A DNA stretch of 64,000 bases from Neoechinorhynchus agilis. Taxonomy: Eukaryota; Animalia; Acanthocephala. The stretch's first letter is position 1; every line of letters starts with the position of its first letter. Both the position numbers and the translations under genes were made by a program. The notes under the pieces were generated by a model. The model did not search any database. It saw nothing but the letters and a program-made list of their open reading frames with translations, and was not told where the DNA came from. The stretch covers positions 15,230,784 to 15,294,783 of the forward strand of contig CM121341.1 of assembly GCA_051530055.1 (NCBI GenBank). Direction: 5' to 3'. Below are positions 29,408-39,883 of this stretch, piece after piece.

Positions 29408-29830
29408 TTAGCACGATCTGAAGGATTCTCGTAGTTGGGCGAGCTTTCCGGTGTGTTTAAAGTATTTGTAGCTGAGATAAGCTCCAACGCCTGAAAGGAG
29501 TGGCACGGGTCCGATGACTACTCCCAGGTACAAATTCGCTAGGACCGTATTGATAACGAGGGTTTGTTTGCCAGTGGTGGACATTTTGTCATAATCAATT
29601 TTTACTTGTCGAAGAGTTCGGACGACCGGATCTTCTTTTTTTATGGCTGCCATGAACGTTTTTACGTATTTTGTGGTTTCGGTCGGTAGTTGATCCTCAT
29701 GTTGGCCATTTGCTATAGTTCTTACCTGGATGTTCTTTGGGAGGTGGAGAAGCGCTGCCCGTTGAATGGCACGAGTTTGGTGGTACATTTCTACAAAATT
29801 CGCGATAAAACGATGGAAGCGAAGGCGCAT
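29408..29830 (-). CDS. Small uncharacterised protein (~140 aa) with a basic N-terminus and a C-terminal hydrophobic hairpin
   Basis: Intronless ORF from ATG at 29,830 (MRLRFHRFIANF...) with hydrophobic segment LVINTVLANLYLGVVIGPVPLLSGVGAYLSY. No family recognised. Confidence 0.5.
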   Translation of the reverse strand: MRLRFHRFIANFVEMYHQTRAIQRAALLHLPKNIQVRTIANGQHEDQLPTETTKYVKTFMAAIKKEDPVVRTLRQVKIDYDKMSTTGKQTLVINTVLANLYLGVVIGPVPLLSGVGAYLSYKYFKHTGKLAQLRESFRSC

Positions 29831-30841
29831 CAAACGGAAGTGCGTTTACATGATGAACCGGAAGAAATGTTTGAATATTACTAAATTCCAGACTAGGAAC
29901 GCGATTTTTATCGACTTGGAAATCTCCAAATGTAGGGTTTTGTACTACGTAGTTTGTGGGTTCGTTGTGAAAGTTTTCACTACGCAGTACCGAATTTCAT
30001 TTCTTTGTCGACTGCTGTTGCACTCGGAAGCACTTTCTCCATTTATAAGACTTCTTAATACCGAAACGACGGAATCAGATTCTCATTATGAATCGCGAAT
30101 ATGAAGAGTGCGCACAACACGTCGACTCTTGTGAGTTTATGAAGCTATAGATAGCATTAATGGATCTTAGGAGATATCGGCGGAAAAAGAAGAGCATAAT
30201 GCCTACAGTTATCTCCTTTTTAAAGGATTATTTTTGACGGGGAACATCTCCGCGTTTCTGACTCGATGATAGTACCGGCAAAAGGCTTTTTATATGTTTT
30301 AGATTGGAAAAATTTGTGTATTTTAATTTAGCAATCAAATTACGTTTGGGGCAAATCTTATGGAGCGAACCCCTACGCCAGACTTCGGGTCATTTTTGAA
30401 ACCTGAGAAGTGAACGCGAATCTGCATTAACGCTCGTTTGCTAGTTCAGAATGTATTTGTTGTCTTTTTATACCTAAAGAAGGTCACAAATTGCAATCTG
30501 TTCAATATCAATTGATTTTAGCACAAAATAATCCTTCCGTTTTTCTAGAGTTTATTTATTCGACGATTCGTGAACGCTATTCAGGGGAAACGCCGAAATG
30601 AATCGTTTAAGGACCTTTGAAGACGAAAACCGAAAGGAAAGCAGCTATCGCTGTGCATGCTAAAATGACGAACTCATGAAGACTAAAACTTACTTTTTTG
30701 CGCCAATATTTAAAAAAGTAACACTCCAGACAATTTGGGTATATTGTATCAATCTCTCTTTTTGACTTACCTCGATGTACGCAGTTCTCTTATATTTCTG
30801 AGAAGTCCAAAAGGTATATTGTTCCACCGTATAATTTCGTT

Positions 30842-33085
30842 TTAGCGTCTTCGTATTAAACTGTTCATGTAAGCGAGTAGCGATCCCGGTTTCAAGGCCG
30901 CCACGTCGTCCGCTCTTGCTTTGTTTCTCAAGTTTAGGTCATTGGAAACCAACAGTGAAGTCTGTGTTTGTCTGTACAAATATTGATACTTTTTTTCGGT
31001 CAATCGAGCACAATCTAGAATGGATTCATCATTAATCCGAGAAAGCATTCGACTGTGTTTATGATCGTTGCAAATCTTTAAGTTTGATTTTTGTTTGTGA
31101 TCATAAATCCACTCCAGTGCGGCTTTGGCCTCACAATATGTTGGTTTTCCCGGTTTAGCGAGATTTTCAAGTTCACTTACGACTACGTTAGGAATCACGC
31201 ATTTGAACTCCATCAAACGCATTGCTTCCTCTACTTGGTACCGATCATATAGTACGGCGTTCGTGTCGATCACTGCGATCAATAATCGATAAACAGGTTC
31301 CGTATAACCGTCTTCAGTTGAATCAAACTTCAATTTTCTGATCATCCGTCCACAATGCGACTCTAGTAAATGTTGGTCAAAGTGCATACTGTCGCAAATA
31401 ACATTACAGACAGCCTTCGACCCCAGCAATGTTTGAATCTTAAAAGTTCCTTTCTCTTCGATAGAAAAGGTGTTCGATACCTCAAGAAGGTCACGAGTTA
31501 AAACCTTGTCCGTTTGCTCGATGTCAACACAAAGGTCAAGCATCACAGCAAATGCGGCCAATGAAAGCGAAGACCGGTTATTGACGGCTAGCGAGAGACA
31601 TGCCCGCATTACGGGTTCACAGAAGTCTGATAAAGCCATATATTGGTGAAATATATCACCTTTGCCTCTCATGGTTTTGCTCAGAATCGAAGCGATCATG
31701 AATATCGATTTTTCTAGCTCTTCGTTGTCGTCATGAGACTCCATCGCTTTCATCATGCAATCACTAAATGCGCGGGTCACATCAGCTGTAATCGCTACGG
31801 AGGATGTCTCGTGGCAGCTGTATAAATCCCTCAAGAAGATGTGAATCAATCCAATCAGTCCGCCTTGCGGCATAGGCTTTGCAATGTTTTCATCAAATTT
31901 CTTAAGACGGCATTGAATTTGCTGGCTTCGAAAATCAAGTATCGAAGGGATTCTCGATTAAATGGCGAGGAAATAGGAATTTTTACCGAATTTAAACTGT
32001 ACAGGAAAAAAGTTACGTTCAATAATAAGTATAAAATCAATTCTGAACATAAATATCGTTTCTTTTGATTATACGTCATCGGCGCTAATGGATTTTGAAT
32101 CCTTTTGACCCCAGAGATAGGGATCAGGGGCTCAAGTCCACTAGACCACCTCAAGACCTGCCAGTTTTTAGCTTAGGCAACTTTTTAAACTTAACGATGA
32201 TCGTATAAAAAATTCTATAATTGTAATTACTATTGTTTCAATTTCACCTAGCGATATTTTAATCATTATTGTTTCAATTTCACCTAGCGATATTTTAATC
32301 ATTATTGTTTCAATTTCACCTAAATTGAAACAATAAATTGTAATTACGATTATCGAGCATACCTTCGCGAAGAAGAATGATTCCTTCTGGATTCCTATAT
32401 AATTATCAGAGTCGGTTAAAGCTCCACTGTTTTGAATTGAGCAGGATAAAAATTCACCAACTTTTTTCTTCATAACTTTTCTTAGCTCATCGGAAATTTC
32501 GTTAGCAAGATCAATCATTTCTATAGACAATAAGGCAAAATATATTGAAGCTAAGAACGTAGGATTCCCCGGTTGCACCAGCAATAGTTTCGCTATTTTC
32601 TCGTATGCTAATGTACGCGGCGATGACGAGGTACTGTTCTCGGTGTTCAGATAACAATTGAGTATATCTCGCATTGAAATTGTCATATTTGAATCGACAG
32701 TTTGAATGGAGTACTTCAGACTTAAAAGATCTCCAATTTTAAGAAACAAATCCATTAGCACAATATCTTTGGTTTCATCCTCGTCTGAACAGGACGATAT
32801 TCTTTTTATGTAATCAAAGAAAAGTTCACTTCCTTGTTCTAGTACATGCTCAATCGTAACACGTAAAGTATGCTCTTCCACGAGATCCGATTTTGCACAT
32901 TCTTCGATTATAGGCTCATAAAAACTTCCCCATAGTCGACAGGAACTTCTAAAGACGTCTTTAATTGTATTATTGTTTCGCATCCGTTCAACGTGGCGGA
33001 GTCTCATTGCTTGACCTTGTTCAATTAATCGATCTACGCTTCTATAAGTATCTTTTTCGGCACGAAGACATTGAGTGATTTCCAT
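30842..33085 (-). CDS. SMG6: SMG6/EST1A-like protein: EST1/14-3-3-like region plus C-terminal PIN nuclease (3 coding exons, ~650 aa)
   Basis: LWGSFYEPII resembles the EST1-domain LWKNAFYQVI motif. PIN motifs VIDTN, VIPNVVVSELE, INDESILDCA and LVSNDLNLRNKA keep their acidic catalytic residues. GT-AG introns at 32,362-32,158 and a ~65-nt one near 31.95 kb join the three ORFs in frame. Confidence 0.75.
32219..32347. repeat. Intronic 36-bp tandem repeat (2.6 copies) plus short inverted tail, flanked by a 12-bp direct repeat
   Basis: Unit TATTGTTTCAATTTCACCTAGCGATATTTTAATCAT at 32,231 and 32,267, partial at 32,303, then inverted AATTGAAACAATAA. AATTGTAATTAC occurs at 32,219-32,230 and 32,336-32,347. 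Confidence 0.9.
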
Positions 33086-33634
33086 CTGAAGGGAAAACTA
33101 AGCAAGTAGCAAGTACGATTTGTCTCTAAACCAGAGAAAGTCAACACCTTCAAAACAAGCAGTGTGATTTTGAATGTTCCAACAATGTAAAGGAAGCTCG
33201 CTTATATGCGTTTATATAAATACATTATATAATGAAGTTTAATACTAAAAACGGTAACAAAATTAAAAAACTGCGAAGAGCAAAAACATTCGACGAATGG
33301 ATATTTATAGATAGACAGAAAATATAGAATTTGGCGAACATTTAATTTTATAATAGAAGGTTATTTGCTCAAAAATATAGCTAAAGTGTAAAGAAAAGTG
33401 CTAGGAGACGTCTTTGTCGACATTTGCCATTGTTTTGGACTATCTATTTAACCTGAACAAAAACCTCAATTAAATTAGAAGTATGCGAAAGCTTCAATAT
33501 CGTTTGGGAATGTGTTGCAATTAATCATCGCGATGTTATGAAGCGTTTCGAAACGAAAAATAGCTGAACATCATCGCCATTTTGCAAAGAAGTTAAAGAT
33601 TCAGTACGTGTTTCATTACTTGTTGATCAGGCAC

Positions 33635-34504
33635 TCACTTTGACATTGAAATACTATATGAACCGGTGTTAGGATCCTTTTCGACCTTAAAACTATCTGT
33701 ACTCAGGCCAAACGGCTTCAGAACTGCATTTCCAAGCCCTTTCAATTGCGACATCATTTCTTTTTTCATTTTCTCGTTCCTTTCGTTAATTTGTTGTTCC
33801 AGCATATAACATCGCGATTTATAAGTCATTTCGTTAGGTTTTAAATCCATAAGTTTTAACAGGTCAGCGTGGGCCTCATCTAACTTCTCTGTTTTCTCGT
33901 ATAGACCAGCTCTTCGGTGCAATGCTTTAACATATTGTGGCTATCAAGAGTTCCTTTTAGAATTTAAAAGGAATCCGTGACATATTCAAGTTTATAGCCC
34001 GAGTACATTCGTGAATGGCGCTCTTTGTTTCACCCAACCGGTCAAAGCATGCAGCTCTATTTGAGCTCAAGGTAGCTAAAATCTGTATGATCTCAGCATC
34101 CTCAGTTTCCTGAGAGTAATGACTAAGGAGTTCAGTGTAAATATCAAGAGCTAGCTCAAATTTTCCCTCTTCAAAATACCTATTACCTTCTGATTTCTTT
34201 TTATCAAATTGACCGGAATCAATGACAGCCAACTTAGTTTCACAATCTATCCTGTACTTGGTTTCTACGTGAAATGGATCTTTTTAGAAAAAAGATTCAT
34301 TTTCTCTAAAGGACATGCCGGAATTTTCGGTTTACATCTGATATCAGTCCTGTTCAATCTATCAGATAGAGAATCGCCTTCCGATGGAGTAGATGGTTCC
34401 TTTGTCGATTTTTGACACCAACACACAATTGGAGCTGCCGCATCCATAAAAATGACTTCATCATTTAGTTCATCCCGAGCGTCTTCGAATTCAGAATCTG
34501 ACAT
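33635..34504 (-). CDS. TTC1: Tetratricopeptide repeat protein 1
   Basis: TPR motifs (KSEGNRYFEEGKFELALDIYT; LSSNRAACF; ALHRRAGLYEKTEKLDEA) and the diagnostic C-terminus LKGLGNAVLKPFGLSTDSFKVEKDPNTGSYSISMSK. Two short introns; the second junction is anomalous (see findings). Confidence 0.9.
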
Positions 34505-34960
34505 CTGAAATCAATTTAATACTTTTAAATAAAAATTCGGTTTTTTTGGTCATGAATTCCTCGATACACGACATGATGATCTTATCCCGACAATTCAAAT
34601 CTTACTATCGAAGTTGTCAACTTACGCTTCAGCTTTACTACAAGATATAACAAAATCAATGAGAAAGGCAAACCTATGAGTTATTAGGATGCTTTTATGA
34701 AAGATCCAAGAGTAGAGTGTATTAGAAAGCACTTTCTCATTTTGGGATAAAGTTTGTAAATTTCAAAAACTAAATCTAAAAATACCTAAATTAGATTTTT
34801 GGTCGTTTCATTGAAAAACTCAATTTTTCTAATCTGGTAATCAACTCGAAATTAGAAGTCATCAATTTTTCTATAAAAGTTCCTCACTAATACCCACGAA
34901 TAAAACGCAATCTTTAATCATCAAAGAATCTGGTATTATCGAACAAAATCCTCCTTCTGA

Positions 34961-35527
34961 TTAATTATTGAGGAAATCGAGGCTATTAAAATTGAGAGTG
35001 CGTAATGCCAAAATAAGAACGTCCTCGCTTTTCCAAAGACCGTTAGTCGATCTTTCAGTAATGGGTTCATTCACCGTGATCAGAATATCAGTATTATTCG
35101 ATTTTAATCTTATAAGACCAAGAAAGATATTGACTTCAAGGCCAGCCTCATCTTTAATTGAAAAAGAAGCCCGGCATGCGAAAATGCCTTCTTTCCGAAT
35201 AAATTCATTATCTGCGAAAACTGTAACATCGCTTAAACTCTTCTTTTCGACGCTGGTGTTGGCAATGTCCTCGAAATGGAGGCTAAAAAGATTTTTCATT
35301 AATTTTTATATATAACGACGACTTTCTTACTTTATAGCCTCGTCAGGGGTTCTTCCTTCAACACTTTCTAACATTTCAATTATCACACTCTGATTTGATG
35401 ATGCACAAGAGAAAACTTCTTGGTTGTCAGGAATCGGTCTGCCTCCCGACATTCGCAAATTAACGGCGTTCGAAGGAAGCGATAGCTGAGCGATGCCATT
35501 AAAGAGCTCAAAAGTGCAATCTAACAT
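34961..35527 (-). CDS. RANGRF: Ran guanine nucleotide release factor (Mog1 family), 2 exons
   Basis: Mog1 motifs RPIPDNQEVF, QSVIIEMLE, HFEDIA and LIRLKSNNTDILITVNEP. A short GTAAG...TTTTTAG intron joins the two ORFs in frame. Confidence 0.88.
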
Positions 35528-35779
35528 GGCAAAAAGGTGATCTTTTCAAATAGATACAACTAATGTTCGAATATTAAATGTTCTTTCGAGGAATTATTTA
35601 TTGAGTCCTTTTCCTGAAAGGAGTCTGTAAAAAGACTAAATTCAATTGGATTAATGATATTCTTCACAGAAATTTTGAATTAAATAGGTCTTGCTAATAA
35701 TGCAGTCTTTGCATTCGTCAATGTTCGTCTGGTAACCATCTGGTTTTTTATGGAAAAGATTATACATTCCAGGAATCGA

Positions 35780-38160
35780 TTTTAAAGCACTCGAATTTTG
35801 CTCAAATCTTCAGAAATTGTACCGATTGTGCAATTTGTTAGCTTCTTTTTTTATCGAAAGACAACAAATTAATTATTATCTGGCTAATAAGCATAAAAAA
35901 TTATAGCATCCATCCAAAATCGATGGCATTTAGCACTTCGTTTTGGAAAGGGAAGGAAATACCCAGAATTCGTTTAGAATTGAACGATCGCAATTTTCGA
36001 GCTTCTTTTATTACCATAAGACAACGAATTAATTTAAAACTTGCGAATAAGCATTAAAAGAAAATACAATACCAATCAAAAAAATGGACGGCATTTTGCA
36101 TTCCGTTTTAATAAGCAAAGGAAAACGGAGAATTCGTTAGTTTTTAGATCTTACTTTTAAAAGTGACTCACTTTTCTCAAATCCTCAGGCGTTTAACCGA
36201 TTAAAAATTGTATGTTTCCTTTTCTAAACAGTTAAAAAATTATTCTTAACTATCGAATGAGCATTAAAATAAAGTATAGCATCAGTCACAAATCGACGGC
36301 ATTTATCATTCCGTTTTAAAAGGGAAAGGAAATCCGAGAATTTGTGAGTTCTAAAGCCTTGATTTTTAAAAAGATCCATTTTTGCCAAAAACTTCAGACA
36401 CTGAACCGATTAAAATTTTTTCTTCTTTATCAAAAGACAGCAAATTAATCCTTAACTGGCGAAGAGCATTAAAATTAAGTTAACATAAATAAATAATCAC
36501 CGGCATTTTTCATTCCGTTTTAAAAATTAAAAAATAATGAAAATTCATGTTTTAAGGTTTTCTTGTAGAAGCCATTAGCCTTTACCCAAATCTTCAGGCG
36601 TTGAAATGATTTCAATTTTTGAGCTTCTTTTTTAATCAAAAGACAATGAATTAATTCAAAACTTGCGAATAAGCATAAAAATGGGCTGCATTTTGCATTC
36701 TGTTTTAAAAGGGCAAGGAAACCTGAGAATTCGTAGGTTTTTAGGACTCGCTTCTAAAAGCAATTCATTGTTGCTCAAATCTTCAGACATTGAAATGATA
36801 TCAATTTTTGAGTTTCTTTTGTATAAAACGACAACAAATTAATTCTAAACTAGCGAATGAGCGTTATAATTAAGTTTTGCGCCAGTATAAAATAGACGAC
36901 ATTTAGCGTTCCATTCTAAAAAGAAAAAATCCGAAGAATTTGTGTGTTTAGGACTGGTTTTTAAAAGCGATTCATTCTTGCTTAAATTTTTAGACCTTCA
37001 AACGATTGCAATTTGCGAGCTTCTTTTTTATCGAAAGACAACAAATTAATTCTTAACGTGCAAATGAGTGTTAAAATTAAGCATAGCACCAATGAAAAAT
37101 CGGCGGCATGTGGCAAGATTAAAATGAATTCCGTGAATTCGTAGTTTCCATGACTCGCTTCCAAACGATATATTTTTTCTCAAGTCAATGTGAGATAGAA
37201 CGATTGCAAATTGTATACTTTTTTTATAGAAAGACAAGAATTTTATTCCGAACATGCGAATGATCATTAAAATTAAGCATAGTATCCATCCAAAAACGAC
37301 TACGTTTAGCATTCCGTATTGAAAACGATGTGAAACCTAGAGAACCCGTTAGCATTTAGGGCTGAATTTTTAGTGTGATTCATTTTGTCCAAAACTTTCC
37401 GACATTGAACCAGTTACAATTTACGTGCTTGTTTGTCATCAAATGATGAAAAAAATATATTCTGAACTGGCGAATAAGCATTGAATTTAAGTATAGCGTC
37501 CATGAAACATCGATAGCATTTTTCGTTCAGTTTTTTAAAAGAAATTAAACCCCGATAATTCGAATGTTTTTAACTCTCGCTTCGTAAAGCGCTTGATTTT
37601 GGCTCAAGCCTTTAGACATTGTACCGATTGCAATTCGCATGCCAATTTTTTTCACAAAACTACAAATTTTTATGTTGAACTGGCAACTGGGCATTAAAAA
37701 ATTATGTATGGTATCCTTCCACAATTGACTGCATTTAGCATTCGGTTTTAAACTTTAAAGGAAACCCCGAGAATTCGTGAGTTTTAAGACTAGTTTCCAA
37801 GAGTGATTCATTTTTCTCAAGTTGACGCTGAAATGAACGGTTGCAATTCGTTTGCTTTTTTTCATTAAAAGTCAAAATTTTATTCTGCACTTCCGTAAAA
37901 CCTTAAGAAATAAGGCGTAGCTTCAATCACAATCTGACGGCACTTAGCTTTCCGTCTTAGAAAACTGGACAATATCACGAGATTTCGCGCGTTTTTAGGT
38001 TTCACTTCTTAGGGCGATGCATTTTATCCCAAATCTTCAGAGATTTAGCTGCTTGGAATTTAAATGCTTCTTTTTTTATCAGAAGACAGGCTGCGAAAAT
38101 GAAGTACAGTTTTGATATAAAGTCGGCGGCATAAAGCTATTCGTTTTGCAAAACCAGCCA
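35780..38160. repeat. Old, degenerate tandem repeat of ~190-215 bp, about 12 copies
   Basis: Recurring blocks AAATCTTCAG, AAAAGACAACAAATTAATT, GAATAAGCATTAAAATT, GACGGCATTT(A/T)GCATTCCGTTTT and GGAAACC(C)GAGAATTCGT. The GACGGCATT-like motif recurs at ~35,923, 36,087, 36,296, 36,501, 36,896, 37,104, 37,512, 37,727 and 37,937. Confidence 0.85.
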
Positions 38161-38840
38161 AGCCCGTCGCTCCAATGACCACGATAAACGATAGCTACTG
38201 CTTTTTCTTGAAATCGCTTTTTCCATTATTTAGTTTCGTTTTTAGACTTAAATTAAAATTTAATTTACTTTAAATAGCTATTCCACCAATATCGATGGGT
38301 CTTTGGAATTTGTTCCAAAAAGTATTTATATTGTTTTAATACACGGATTTTACTTAAATTTTCTTCAAGTGATTGAACGACAATAGTCACATAACTAATG
38401 TTACTTTAATTAAATTTTTTGCATATTTTATTTGTCCAATTCGGTTACGTTATAGATAAAACATTGATCTACAATAATTTTTCTAAGGAAATCGATATTC
38501 CAAGCGTTCCATTTCTGATTTAATTGATCATAAATATAATCCAAAAATGAATCTTTGTAACTCTTGTTCGCGTCGTTTTGAGTTCTAAAAATGACTTTAT
38601 GGCTTCGAATATCGTATTCGTTCAAACGCGTTTAATAGACCGGAAATAATATTGGATTTCCAAACATTCATCCGCGACGATTAGAGGATTTGTGTTATTT
38701 ATGCTACCCATGTGGGACTCTTCTGCAAAAGCAAAGAAATATTACTTCTGTTTTAAATAATGGAACTAGCAAACGCTGTTCGTGAAAAATCACACGAATT
38801 CGACTCAGCCATGATCGACATAGTAATCACGGATTTTAGC

Positions 38841-38959
38841 TCTCAGAGTGTTTAAAATTATTGTTTAGGTCTACACCCGGTAAATGATTATTTATTAAAG
38901 ACGTTTCGAATTCCAATCACATTCCCCGGTACCTCACATATCGACATTCTCAGAGTGTT
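38841..38959. mobile_element. ~95-bp internally inverted insertion with 12-bp target-site-like duplication, derived from the hammerhead-bearing repeat at 43.8 kb (Penelope-like fragment)
   Basis: TCTCAGAGTGTT occurs at 38,841-38,852 and 38,948-38,959. 38,856-38,910 is the reverse complement of 43,836-43,890. 38,909-38,948 matches 43,887-43,926 in direct orientation with 4 mismatches. Confidence 0.75.
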
Positions 38960-39883
38960 GTTTTAGAAAAAGCGACTTTTCTTTATAGTCATGATTATCA
39001 GAATAAATGACTCTGACAAAGAGCCTCAACAAGGCGCCAATCAAACTCAAGATAAAGTGCCAGCAATCAGAAATATAGAATTTGTCCTGAATGACAAGTC
39101 GTCAGATATGACAGTTGTTCACATGCAATGTGAATCGACCAACCCGAGAAAGTGTAGGTCACTCAGAATTTCCGGCCAAAAATCAATCCAGATTGTACCC
39201 ACTAAATAACCTTACATACCGGCATTTTCATCAAGCTTGTGCATGTTCCAAGCTACGATTTATCGATTGAAAGGGATTTCGGTAAACAATTAGAAAGCAT
39301 GTTTACTGTTTTCCTTAAGAGTCCATCGATTTCTCTCTCTAAGAGTACACCTAATGAAATATCATAGCTATAAGACGAAAGTTTATAGTTCTACTTGTAT
39401 TTTTTTCCGGCAAAGCGATTACATTGGCTGCGACGGAAAAGCATATGCGACGACCAATCAACATTTAATATAAAAGCAATTATGGACTAGTGTTAGGCCT
39501 TCGATGATCCAAATGGGCCTGTCATAAAGAGCTACTTTAAGAAAACAAGATAACAGCTTCCTATTGTGAGTATGCATTCTCCTTCTTCCTTTTGGATTGT
39601 ATATGGAATAAAGCAATGCCAAGGAACATGATATTATCCCTCTTTACGATGAGCACTGTTCTGCAAAAGCTGGATGTGGATGTGGCAATTGGCTGGCAGA
39701 CAAGCGGAATAGGCGTATAGTAGAATGGAGCACAAAACTATTCCTTCCCTTCGGCATTGTCGCAATATTATAAGCCGTTAGTACGCAAAAGACGCAGCAG
39801 GTAAAAAAAGATAATGTGGGTAGATAAGAGAAGCTTTTCCTTCCAGAGAATCGACTTTGTTCTCGCTTCTTTGCAGCTTACAA

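Noticed and set aside
29690-30230. Plus-strand ORFs and a GTGAGT donor near 30,132
   Set aside because: The ORFs are antisense shadows of the 29.4-29.8 kb gene or stop soon after any plausible splice; no coherent gene model.
32168-32362. Repeated peptide LGEIETIMIKIS at the end of ORF 32,168-33,085
   Set aside because: It is read-through into the intron containing the 36-bp tandem repeat, not protein.
38270-39210. Short coding-looking ORFs (MNEYDIRSHK..., MIIRINDSDK...)
   Set aside because: No recognisable domain and no consistent splice model; may be gene remnants but cannot be supported.
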